Below, piece by piece: positions 1 through 8,349 of a stretch of 28,891 nucleotides of DNA. The stretch lies in assembly GCA_963725415.1 (NCBI GenBank), contig CAVRZY010000294.1, positions 1 through 28,891 on the forward strand. Direction: 5' to 3'. Below the pieces are notes generated by a model. The model was not told where the DNA came from and did no database searches. It was given only the letters and a program-made list of their open reading frames with translations. Source of the DNA: an uncultured Acidobacteriota bacterium. Lineage in GTDB: Bacteria > Acidobacteriota > Terriglobia > Bryobacterales > Bryobacteraceae. Position numbers and translations under genes: made by a program. The stretch's first letter is position 1. The number at the start of each line of letters is the position of its first letter.

Positions 1-1
1 T

Positions 2-256
2 CGGACCGAAAGCTTCATCGAGTTGATGCGCTTTGAAGCCGAGCGCGCGCGGGCCTATTACAACAAGGCCAAGCCGCTGATCGGCCTGGTCGATCCCTCC
101 AGCCGCCGCTCCCTGTGGGCCCTCATCGAGATCTATTCGCGCCTCCTCGCGCGCATCGAGCGCTCCGGCTTCGACGTGCTCTCCCGCCGCATTGCCCTGC
201 CATCCTGGGAAAAAGCCTGGATTGTCCTGCGCGCCGGATTGGCGCGAATCCCCTAA
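2..256 (+). CDS. squalene/phytoene synthase family protein (HpnD/CrtB-like), C-terminal ~84 aa only; 5' end lies upstream of the window
   Basis: Frame-2 translation from nt 2 reads ...SFIELMRFEAERARAYYNKAKPLIGLVDPSSRRSLWALIEIYSRLLARIERSGFDVLSRRIALPSWEKAWIVLRAGL. This is the characteristic C-terminal region of PF00494-type squalene/phytoene synthases. The ORF is open to the window edge and the stop is at 254-256. Confidence 0.7.
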   Translation, partial: RTESFIELMRFEAERARAYYNKAKPLIGLVDPSSRRSLWALIEIYSRLLARIERSGFDVLSRRIALPSWEKAWIVLRAGLARIP

Positions 257-301
257 GCCGGCCACCTCATTCTTGCCTCTTGCCTTCGCAGCGCAGCCGC
301 G

Positions 302-447
302 CTAGTGCATCGTCCGATAAGTGCCTTCCGCTATCGAGACCGCGCAAAACGGGGACAGGGTCCAATTGCGCAGTGGGCAATTGGTTGCCTGTACCCGTTT
401 TGCCCCGAACCGGATACTCCAAAGGACTAATTGGACGATGCACTAGT
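302..447. repeat. 146-bp imperfect palindrome with three nested perfect inverted-repeat pairs, lying between convergent genes
   Basis: Outer arms ctagtgcatcgtcc (302-315) / ggacgatgcactag (434-447). Middle arms gcaaaacggg (344-353) / cccgttttgc (394-403). Inner arms ccaattgc (362-369) / gcaattgg (377-384) around a 7-nt loop. The stretches between stems are partially complementary. Confidence 0.8.
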
Positions 448-544
448 GTCCTGTCTCGGCTAACTTCTGACAGTAGACGGCGGTCCCGCGGCGGCACGCT
501 GAAGCGTGCGCCACCGATTGTTAAGAATTACATGGGACAGGACG

Positions 545-2515
545 CTAGGTCTGGGTGGTGGCCAGGGCAATCAGGAATCCGGCCCCCAGCCGGATTTCCT
601 GGAGCAAGTTGAGCGCCAGCCGGTCCACCCGTACCAGCACCTCCAGCCGTCGCTGGCGCAGCCCGCAGCGCACCCCGATCCAGAACCTTGCCAGGTCGCG
701 CCGCGTCTCGCGAAGGCGACTCACTCGCCACAGCAAGATCTTGTCCATCAGCAAGCTGAGCTGGGAGGGCACCTCAATGAACGGCATGCGCGTCTTGGCC
801 CGGGCGTAGGCGGTCTGGAGTTCCGAGATCCTCAGGCTGCGGCGCAGCTCCGCCCGCATCCGGGCCAATTCCTCGAGCACCCGGCGCTCCGTCTCGCTGC
901 GCTTGCGCGTTTGCAGCCACAGTTCCTCCATTTCCAGCGTGAGGCGCAGCCCATCACGCAGGAACTTGAAGATCTCGGGCAGGCGTCGCCGCAAGTGAGT
1001 CAACCAGCCCTCCCGCGGAAACCCCGCTCGCCGGCTCATCCGGTCCTTCAGGCGGAACAGTCCGCTAAGCATGGGGTGCGCGCCCTCGTTCAGAATGGAA
1101 TTCTTGTACCAATACAGGCTCCTGAAAATGTCCCAGTAGTTGTCGGGATGAGCGCGCAAGAGAATGGCCTTCATGTTCTGGAAGCTGTAAAACGTCCCCC
1201 AGGCCTGGCGGCAGGCCCGCGTCCATGCCCCGTTCTTCATGTGCGGGTGGGGCATGCATTCGTGAAAGGAGTCGTAGCTGTTGAAGTCGGACTCCAGAGT
1301 AGCCCCGGCCTCGACCGTGCGTTTGTGATCCACCGAGCCGGGCAGCGGCGTCATCATGAAAAAAGATGCCCGCTGGGGCCGAATCTCGCTCACCAGCCGC
1401 TCCATGTCCTCCCGCACACTCTCCTCGGTATCGTGTGGAAAGCCGACAATGTAACCGACGTGGGTCTGCACCCGTACGTCGTGCCAAGCCTCGATCAGGG
1501 TCTTGTATTCCTGCACGCGGTTATGAGTCTTCCCCACCTCCTTCAGGTTCCGCGGATTGAGGCTCTCCATTCCAATGAACACGTGGCGGCAGCCCGCCCG
1601 CGCCGCCTTTTCGACATAGCCCGGAATCTTCGCCGAAGCGACATCCACCTGCATCATGAACTCGATCGGCGCGCCTTCCTGTTCGCGCAGGCGGATCAGC
1701 CGGTCGAAAATCTCTTCCCAAGCCGGGTTTCGGGCAAAGTTGTCGTCGGTGAAGAAGTAATAGTTGACGCCGGCCTCCAGGTAGTTGCGGCGGACCGTCT
1801 CCGCGATGCACTCCGGCGACCGGTGCCGGGGCCTTCGCCCCTGCACGTTGATGATGGTGCAGAACGAGCAATTGAAGGGACAGCCACGGCTACAGTCGAT
1901 CGTACCGAAGTTCGAAGAGATGAACTTGCGTAAGTACCGCTTGTGGATCACAGGACGAGGGGCCTGGGAGAGGTCGGGAAGGTCGTCGAGGAACCGGTAG
2001 ATGGGTTTGAGGCTGCCCTGATAAGCGTCCCGGAGCACCTCCGCCCACCGATGCTCCACCTCTCCCGCCACCACGCTCACACCCGCGTCCACAAGCTGCT
2101 GGATCTCTGGCGAGACGCTGGGGAACATCGCCAGCATGCCGCTGACGTGAAACCCGCCAATGATCGCCGTGACCCCTTCCCGCCGCAGAGCCAGAGCAAT
2201 ATCCGCGGCCCGGCAGAACTGGTTAGTCTGCACTCCCGCCAACCCCACCACCACCCGCTCTCCCGCCCGCCGGTTAAGCCGGGCGATCCTGTCCAGCGGG
2301 ATCTTGGTCACGGCCTCATCCAGCAGATGGATTCGCAAGTCCACGTCGCCCAGTAAGCGCCGCTGCCGAACGTCTTCGGTCAGCCCATGCAGACAGGCCA
2401 GGGTGTTGCTGGGCAGCACCCCTCGCCAGTGACGGATAACAAACCCTTCGTCGTCGTATTTCGAGGGCTTAACCAGGAACACATGAAAGATCGAAGGCTG
2501 CCGGCTGAGCTTCAT
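545..2515 (-). CDS. B12-binding domain radical SAM protein (class B, DUF4070-type C-terminal extension), 656 aa
   Basis: Intact 656-aa ORF. Cobalamin-binding Rossmann segment (VVVGLAGVQTNQFCRAADIALALRREGVTAIIGGFHVSGM) is followed by the radical SAM motif CSRGCPFNCSFC and a conserved TIM-barrel core (YFFTDDNF...FIGMESLN...HVGYIVGFPHDTEES). The C-terminal ~190 aa is typical of DUF4070. Confidence 0.9.
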   Translation of the reverse strand: MKLSRQPSIFHVFLVKPSKYDDEGFVIRHWRGVLPSNTLACLHGLTEDVRQRRLLGDVDLRIHLLDEAVTKIPLDRIARLNRRAGERVVVGLAGVQTNQFCRAADIALALRREGVTAIIGGFHVSGMLAMFPSVSPEIQQLVDAGVSVVAGEVEHRWAEVLRDAYQGSLKPIYRFLDDLPDLSQAPRPVIHKRYLRKFISSNFGTIDCSRGCPFNCSFCTIINVQGRRPRHRSPECIAETVRRNYLEAGVNYYFFTDDNFARNPAWEEIFDRLIRLREQEGAPIEFMMQVDVASAKIPGYVEKAARAGCRHVFIGMESLNPRNLKEVGKTHNRVQEYKTLIEAWHDVRVQTHVGYIVGFPHDTEESVREDMERLVSEIRPQRASFFMMTPLPGSVDHKRTVEAGATLESDFNSYDSFHECMPHPHMKNGAWTRACRQAWGTFYSFQNMKAILLRAHPDNYWDIFRSLYWYKNSILNEGAHPMLSGLFRLKDRMSRRAGFPREGWLTHLRRRLPEIFKFLRDGLRLTLEMEELWLQTRKRSETERRVLEELARMRAELRRSLRISELQTAYARAKTRMPFIEVPSQLSLLMDKILLWRVSRLRETRRDLARFWIGVRCGLRQRRLEVLVRVDRLALNLLQEIRLGAGFLIALATTQT

Positions 2516-2596
2516 CCTGATATCTTCATCCCCAAAAGCCTATGATACGCCCTTGCGGGCTGGGCCAGGGCCGGCCTGTGATGCCCCTCAGATACC

Positions 2597-5157
2597 TCAC
2601 TTGAGCCCCTCCACCACGTGCAGCTCGGAAAGCCGCTGTAGGTAAGAGTAGGCGTAAGACCGGCCGTCCGGGGTGATGGAAAGGGAGGTGATACCGGGCA
2701 CGCCGGCGGGATCCGAAGGCATGATCTCCTTCCACAGTTCCCTCCGGCCTGTCCGCCGGTCCACCCGGTACACCCTTCCAGGCAGACCGCCGCGTCTCAT
2801 CACGTACAGGGACGTTTCATCAGCGCTCCAGGCTTGCGGGACTCGCCGGGCTCGATTCCAGGACATACGGCCGGGTCTCCGCCGGCCAGGGGATAGAGCA
2901 ACACCTGGCGCTGGGCATTCACGACGGCGGCGAACTTGCCGCCGGGGCTGACGGCGAACAGTGGCGCAATGCCCTCCGGGGTCATCGGCCGCGGCTTGCC
3001 GCCCTCCAGGTCCATCGAGTACAGGCGCAGGCCATGCCCCGCTTCGCTGCCGGTGAACAGAACCCCGCGAGCGCCGGGCAGCCGGCGCACGAAATTCAGG
3101 CGAAAGCCCGGCACCGCAATGCGCCGGGCTTCTCCGGGCCCGATCGGAAGAATCACCAACCCGTCCGTCGCCTGAGTGGTCGCCACAACCGAATTCCCGT
3201 CCGGTGACAACCTGGGGTAGCGGCCGTTTCCCAACTTCACGGCCGGAGAACCGTCGGTTTTCCGGTAGTAACTCACGAAATTCTGTCCGGCGCCCTCCCC
3301 GCTCTCGAAGAAAACCACGGCCTTCCCATCGGAGGAGATGGAAGTGACCAGCGACCCATCCAGCCAGGAGAGGTCCCGCCCCCCTGGCTCGCCCGCTCCC
3401 ACGAACCGCAGCTTCATCTGCTCGCTGCGGGAATTGAGGAGCACCCGCCCATCGCGCGAGATATCCTCCAGCGTCAGGCTGCCTGTCTGCGCCAGGACCG
3501 TTCGCCCCGCGCCCGCCAGCGTCACCGCGCGCAGGTCCTGCTTGGCTCCAACTGCGGTCGCCGTGAACCAGATCTCGCTGGTTTTCGGATGCCACGCCAG
3601 GCCCCATACGCTAAGCCAGTTGGCGGAGAGAGTCTTCGTTTCACCGGCCAGGTTCACCACGGTCACTTCTCCGGTGATATCGTTGACCGACGGATGGTGA
3701 AGGAAGGCGATCCGGTCCCCGGCGGGAGAGAAGCGGGGGTGAGTGATCGTTCCCGCGGTGTGGAACAACACCTTCCCCACCGGGAATTCAAGCTGGTCGC
3801 CTTTCTCACTGCGCCGCACGATGGTCAGCTCGCCACTCGGGGACCAGTCGGCCCACTGCACGTTCTCCAGCACTTCGCGGGGAGCGCCGCCCGAGTAAGG
3901 GACCCGCGCCAGCGTGCCCGGGGTTAGAAAGCCAAACGTCACGCGGGGTTTCAGCAGAAGGGCCAGCTCTCCCGATGGGGAAACCGACAGCGGGATCGCC
4001 TCGGATACCAGCGCGGGATGGAACTCCGGACTGTCGAGCCGGACGGAAAAAATGTGCGTCGGGTCAGCCTCCCACGCCGCTCCGTAGACGATGGTGTTGC
4101 CGTCTGGCGCGAACCGCGCTGCGGGGATGAAACCGCGGCGGAAAGTGAGGCGCTGGAACTTCGGCGGCGGCGGCCGCCGCTCGCTGAAGCCTCCTGCCAA
4201 GTAGCCGCCCACCAGCGCCAGAATCACCACCGCAACGGTGATCGCCCATCTGAGGAACGATCTCCCGCGCAGTGGCGCGCCCTTTGCCGCCGCGCGGCCC
4301 GAGATCTGTGAAAGCGCTTCCAGATCGAAAGCCAGATCCCCGGCCGACTGGAACCGCTCCTCTGGCCTCTTCTCCAGGCAGTGCCGCACGATCCGCTCCA
4401 GCGCCGGCGCCAGCGTGCTGTCCAGCGTCGAAAGCTCCGCCGGCTCCTCCCGAAGGATCGCATGCATCGTCTCCACCGAGGTCTGGCCGCGGAAGGCACG
4501 CCGCCCGGCGAGCATCTCGTACAACACCGAGCCCAGGCTGAAAATGTCCGAGCAGTGATCCACCGCCTGCCCCCGCACCTGCTCCGGGGACATGTAGGCC
4601 ACTGTGCCCAGCACCACTCCCGGCGAGGTCGCCACCGTTTCCGTTTCGACCTGCGTCGCCTCGGCGGCCACGGGCGACGGCTTCACTTTGGCCAGCCCGA
4701 AGTCCAGGATCTTGACGTGCCCATCCTTGGTGATGAACAGGTTCTCGGGCTTGATGTCGCGGTGGGTGATCCCCTTACCGTGCGCCGCCGCCAGCCCCGA
4801 GGCCGCCTGCCGCGCAATGTCCACGGCCTTCTGCACGCTCAGCTTCCCGCCCTTCAGCCGCGCCCGCAGCGACTCGCCTTCCAGCAACTCCGACACCATG
4901 TACGGCACACCCTCGTGCGTGCCGATGTCGTAGATTGCCAGAATGTTCGGGTGATTCAACGCCCCGGCCGACTGCGCCTCCAGCGTGAACCGCCGCAGCC
5001 GGTCAGCGTCCGCCGCAAAGGATTGCGGCAGAACCTTCACCGCCACGTCGCGGTTCAGCCGGGTATCCCGCGCCCGGTACACCTCACCCATGCCTCCCGC
5101 GCCGATGGAGCTCTGGACCTCATAGGGGCCCAAGCGAGTGCCAGGCGACAGGGACAC
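2597..5157 (-). CDS. membrane Ser/Thr protein kinase with C-terminal TolB-like (PD40) beta-propeller, paralog 1; reading frame broken by an apparent 1-nt indel near 2855-2880 (main frame stops at 2800, last ~65 aa continue in the frame ending at 2597)
   Basis: Hanks kinase motifs present (GAGGMGEVYRARD, HRDIKPEN, DFGLAK, SPE), one TM helix (WAITVAVVILALVGGYLAGG), then ~450 aa of propeller repeats. Likely start is GTG at 5155-5157, 5 nt downstream of an AGGAGA Shine-Dalgarno. The N-terminal extension to 5310 in the ORF track has no kinase homology. The shifted-frame tail (...PQAWSADETSLYVMRRGGLPGRVYRVDRRTGRRELWKEIMPSDPAG...LHVVEGLK) aligns residue-for-residue with the C-terminus of paralog 2. 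Confidence 0.85.
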
Positions 5158-5264
5158 CGGAGTTCTCCTCAGGGTCCAAGATACACCTTTTGGAGTGAAC
5201 CTGTAGCAATTGCTCCAGCCTTCGGTCGCGGTGGTATTTTCCCCAGCCCTTCTCTGGTACCATC

Positions 5265-5549
5265 TTGGATGAGATGATCCGGCGGAAAAGAGCGCCATCA
5301 CCACCTTCAAAGCAGGCCAAGCTCAGGTTCGGCAGACGGTTGCCTGTGTTTGTGGAGAAAGGTCTCGATGGCTATTATGTTGTGGAATGCCCTCTCTTCG
5401 AGGGTTGCTACTCGCAGGGCAAGACCATTGATGAGGCTTTGTGCAACATCCGTGAAGTGGTGGATTTGATTCTCCAGGAACGGAAAGCTCAGGAGCTTCT
5501 CCAGGCGTACAGCCCCGAAGAGATCAGCCTCCACACCATCGGCGTTTAG
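5265..5549 (+). CDS. HicB-like (UPF0150 family) antitoxin-fold protein, 94 aa, no HicA partner detectable
   Basis: Core LPVFVEKGLDGYYVVECPLFEGCYSQGKTIDEALCNIREVVDLILQE matches the HicB/UPF0150 RNase-H-like fold signature (GGY-V-CP-LPGC-SQG-T-EEAL-NI-EAI). No DNA-binding C-terminal domain, and no HicA-like ORF in any frame within 300 bp. Confidence 0.6.
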   Translation: MDEMIRRKRAPSPPSKQAKLRFGRRLPVFVEKGLDGYYVVECPLFEGCYSQGKTIDEALCNIREVVDLILQERKAQELLQAYSPEEISLHTIGV

Positions 5550-5680
5550 CTCATGCGGGAGCTTCCTGTCCTCTCGGAAAAGACTCTGCGCGACGCGGAA
5601 CTGTCACGCGAGGAGTTCTTGAGGCTGATTTAGTAAGGCGCAAGGCCGCTGGCAAGGAGATCGTCACCCGTTTCCCACGC

Positions 5681-8221
5681 CTACTGGAGCCCCTCCACCA
5701 GGTGCAGGTCGGCGAACTGCTGGATGTAGGAGTAAGCGAAGGCGCGGCCGTCGGGACTGATCGTGACGCCGGCGATCCGGTACACACCGGCGGGGTCGGG
5801 GGGCGTGATCTCCTTCCACAGCTCCCGCCGGCCCGTCCGCCACTCCACCCGGTACACCCTCAGCGGTGGAGGGCCTTGCCTGAACACGTAGAGGTGCTTT
5901 TCGTCGGCGGACCACGCCAGCGGCAAATCACCGCGGTCGGTTCCCGGACACGCGACGGGATCTCCGCCGGCCACGGGATAGAGGACCACCTGGTGTTTGG
6001 CATCCACGCTGGCGGCGAACTTGCCGCTGGCAAGGACGTTGAACCACGTAACACCCTCTGGGGTCAGGGGCCGCGGCTTGCCACCCTCCAGGTCGATCGA
6101 ATACAGGCGCAGGCCACGGCCTGGTTCCGTGGCGGCGAATACGGACCCGCGAGCGCCAGGCATCCACGCCGCGACCTCCAACCGGAAGCCCGGCAAAGGA
6201 ATGCGCCGGGACTCTCCCGGCCCCACGCGAAAGATCACCAGCCCGTCCAAGGACAGCGTGACCGCTAGAACGGAAGTCCCATCCGGCGACAGCACGGGAA
6301 ACAGGCCATCCCCCAACCGGATGGGAGGAGAACCGTCGGTCTTTCGGTAGTAGCACCCGGGATTCCGCCCACCACCTCCAAACTCGAAGAAAACGACGGC
6401 GCCCCTATCGGCGGAGATAGAAGTGACCAGCGACCAGTCCAGCCAGGAGAGATCCCGCTCCCTCATTCCCTCTCCTCCAACAAATTGCAGCCTCAATCGC
6501 TCGCTGGCGCCGTTCAGGAGCACGCGCCCATCGCGCGAGATGTCCTCCAGGTAGTAGCTGCCGGCCTGAGTGAGGATCGTTCGCCCGGACCCGGACAGGG
6601 TCGCCGCGCGAAGGTCGTGTTTGCTTCCAGCTTGAGTGGCCGTGAACCAGATCTCGTTGGTTTTCGGATGCCATGCCAAGCCCCAGACGGAATACCATTT
6701 GGCCGAGAGAATCTTCGTTTGGCCCGCCCGATTCACCACCACCACGTCTCCGTCCGTATTTGTGATGTTTGGGTGATGCAGGAAGGCGACCTGATCCCCA
6801 GCCGGAGAGAAGCGGGGGTGGGTGATCATGCCTCCCGTTTGAAACAAAACGTTTCCCAACGGGAACTCAAGCTTGTCTCCTTGCGCATCCCGCCGCACCA
6901 CGGCAACTTCGCCGTTGGGGGACCAATCGGCCCACTCCACGTTCTCCAACATCTCCCGGGGAGCGCCGCCGGAGAGGAGCGCCTCGGCCAACGTCCCCAT
7001 GTCCAGCCAGCCGCCCGACGCGCGGACTTTGAGCAGAAGGGCCAGTTTCCCCAATCGGGAAACCGACAGCAGCCGGGAGCCGGACGCCACCGTGGGATGA
7101 AACTCCGGGCTGTCGAGCCGGACGGAAAAAACGTGTGTCGGCGCACCCTCCCACGCCGCGGCGTAGACGACGCTGTTGCCGTCCGGTGTAAACCGCGCCG
7201 CCTGGATCAGGCCGCGGCGGAAGGTGAGGCGCTGGAACTTGGGCGGCGGCCGCTCGCTGCGCGCGCCCGCGAAGTAGCCGGCGGCCAACGCCAGCATCAC
7301 GAACACGCCAGCAATCACCCAGCCGAGGCGCCATTTCACGCGCGGCGCCGCAACCTTTGCGACCACGCGGCTGGAGGTCTGCGACAGCGCCTCCAAGTTG
7401 AAGGCCAGGTCCCCCGCCGATTGGAACCGCTCCTCCGGCCTCTTCTCCAGGCAGTGCCGCACGATCCGTTCCAGCGCCGGCGCTAGCGCGCTGTCCGGTG
7501 TCGAAAGCTCCGCCGGCTCCTCCTTGAGGATCGCGTTCATGGTCTCGACTGACGTCGCGCCCCGGAAGGCGCGCCGCCCGGCAAGCATCTCGTACAACAC
7601 CGAGCCCAGGCTGAAAATGTCCGAGCGGTGATCCACCGCCTGCCCGCGCACCTGCTCCGGGGACATGTAGGCCACCGTCCCCAGCACCACGCCCGGTGAG
7701 GTCACCACCGTTTCCGTCTCGGCCTGCGCCGCGTCGGCGGCCACGGGCGATGGCTTCACCTTGGCTAGCCCGAAGTCCAGGATCTTGACGTGCCCATCTT
7801 TGGTGATGAACAGGTTCTCGGGCTTGATGTCGCGGTGGGTGATCCCCTTACCGTGCGCCGCCGCCAACCCCGAGGCCGCCTGGCGCGCAATGTCCACGGC
7901 CTTCTGCACGCCCAGTTTGCCGCCCTTCAGCCGCGCCCGCAGCGACTCGCCTTCCAGCAACTCCGACACCATGTACGGCACACCCTCGTCCGTGCCGATG
8001 TCGTAAATCGCCAGGATGTTGGGGTGATTCAACGCCCCCGCCGACTGCGCCTCCAAGGTGAACCGCCGCAACCGGTCCTTGTCGGCGGCGAACGATGGCG
8101 GGAGGACCTTTACCGCCACGTCACGGTTCAGACGAGTGTCGTGCGCCCTGTAAACCACGCCCATCCCGCCCTCGCCCAGCTTGTCGAGGACCTGGTAGTG
8201 CGAAATGGTTCGCCCGACCAT
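5681..8221 (-). CDS. membrane Ser/Thr protein kinase with C-terminal TolB-like beta-propeller, paralog 2 (846 aa, intact)
   Basis: Starts MVGRTISHYQVLDKLGEGGMGVVYRAHD (ATG at 8219-8221) with AGGAGG 7 nt upstream. Full set of kinase motifs, a TM helix (WVIAGVFVMLALAAGYFAG) and propeller repeats. Ends ...FAYSYIQQFADLHLVEGLQ. Confidence 0.9.
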   Translation of the reverse strand: MVGRTISHYQVLDKLGEGGMGVVYRAHDTRLNRDVAVKVLPPSFAADKDRLRRFTLEAQSAGALNHPNILAIYDIGTDEGVPYMVSELLEGESLRARLKGGKLGVQKAVDIARQAASGLAAAHGKGITHRDIKPENLFITKDGHVKILDFGLAKVKPSPVAADAAQAETETVVTSPGVVLGTVAYMSPEQVRGQAVDHRSDIFSLGSVLYEMLAGRRAFRGATSVETMNAILKEEPAELSTPDSALAPALERIVRHCLEKRPEERFQSAGDLAFNLEALSQTSSRVVAKVAAPRVKWRLGWVIAGVFVMLALAAGYFAGARSERPPPKFQRLTFRRGLIQAARFTPDGNSVVYAAAWEGAPTHVFSVRLDSPEFHPTVASGSRLLSVSRLGKLALLLKVRASGGWLDMGTLAEALLSGGAPREMLENVEWADWSPNGEVAVVRRDAQGDKLEFPLGNVLFQTGGMITHPRFSPAGDQVAFLHHPNITNTDGDVVVVNRAGQTKILSAKWYSVWGLAWHPKTNEIWFTATQAGSKHDLRAATLSGSGRTILTQAGSYYLEDISRDGRVLLNGASERLRLQFVGGEGMRERDLSWLDWSLVTSISADRGAVVFFEFGGGGRNPGCYYRKTDGSPPIRLGDGLFPVLSPDGTSVLAVTLSLDGLVIFRVGPGESRRIPLPGFRLEVAAWMPGARGSVFAATEPGRGLRLYSIDLEGGKPRPLTPEGVTWFNVLASGKFAASVDAKHQVVLYPVAGGDPVACPGTDRGDLPLAWSADEKHLYVFRQGPPPLRVYRVEWRTGRRELWKEITPPDPAGVYRIAGVTISPDGRAFAYSYIQQFADLHLVEGLQ

Positions 8222-8349
8222 CGCGCGGCCTCCTCGCGAGACCTCAATCTGAAGTCCCCATCCGGAGCATAAGTCTACTCCGCTTCCGCCGCCGGAGCAA
8301 TGCGCCCCGTGAGACTCTTACGCGGAGACACTCCCGCTGCCAGGCCCAC

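Noticed and set aside
302-447. CRISPR array or tRNA at the palindromic element
   Set aside because: It is a single palindromic unit with no repeat-spacer periodicity, no cloverleaf arrangement and no conserved tRNA positions.
506-1933. 475-aa ORF on the plus strand opposite the B12 radical SAM gene
   Set aside because: Antisense to a strongly conserved gene. Arg/Pro/Gly/Ala/His-rich low-complexity translation typical of spurious ORFs in GC-rich DNA. No motif.
2840-2890. Programmed ribosomal frameshifting as an explanation for the kinase 1, DUF362, abhydrolase and other frame breaks
   Set aside because: No slippery heptanucleotide, no downstream pseudoknot or hairpin at the sites. The proteins concerned are not families known to use recoding. 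There are too many independent sites in 29 kb.
2597-3607. 336-aa ORF treated as an independent gene
   Set aside because: Only its last ~65 codons are meaningful, and they are the frameshifted C-terminus of kinase paralog 1. The upstream part is an out-of-frame shadow of the propeller region.
4381-5277. 298-aa and similar plus-strand ORFs (4381-5277, 6485-7486, 5702-6268) inside the kinase genes
   Set aside because: Antisense shadow ORFs of the kinase genes, R/H/P/G-rich. Rejected as coding.
5552-5632. 26-codon ORF after the HicB-like gene as a HicA toxin
   Set aside because: Far too short, with no resemblance to the HicA dsRBD-like fold (no GSH-x-x-x motif region). Kept only as a note.
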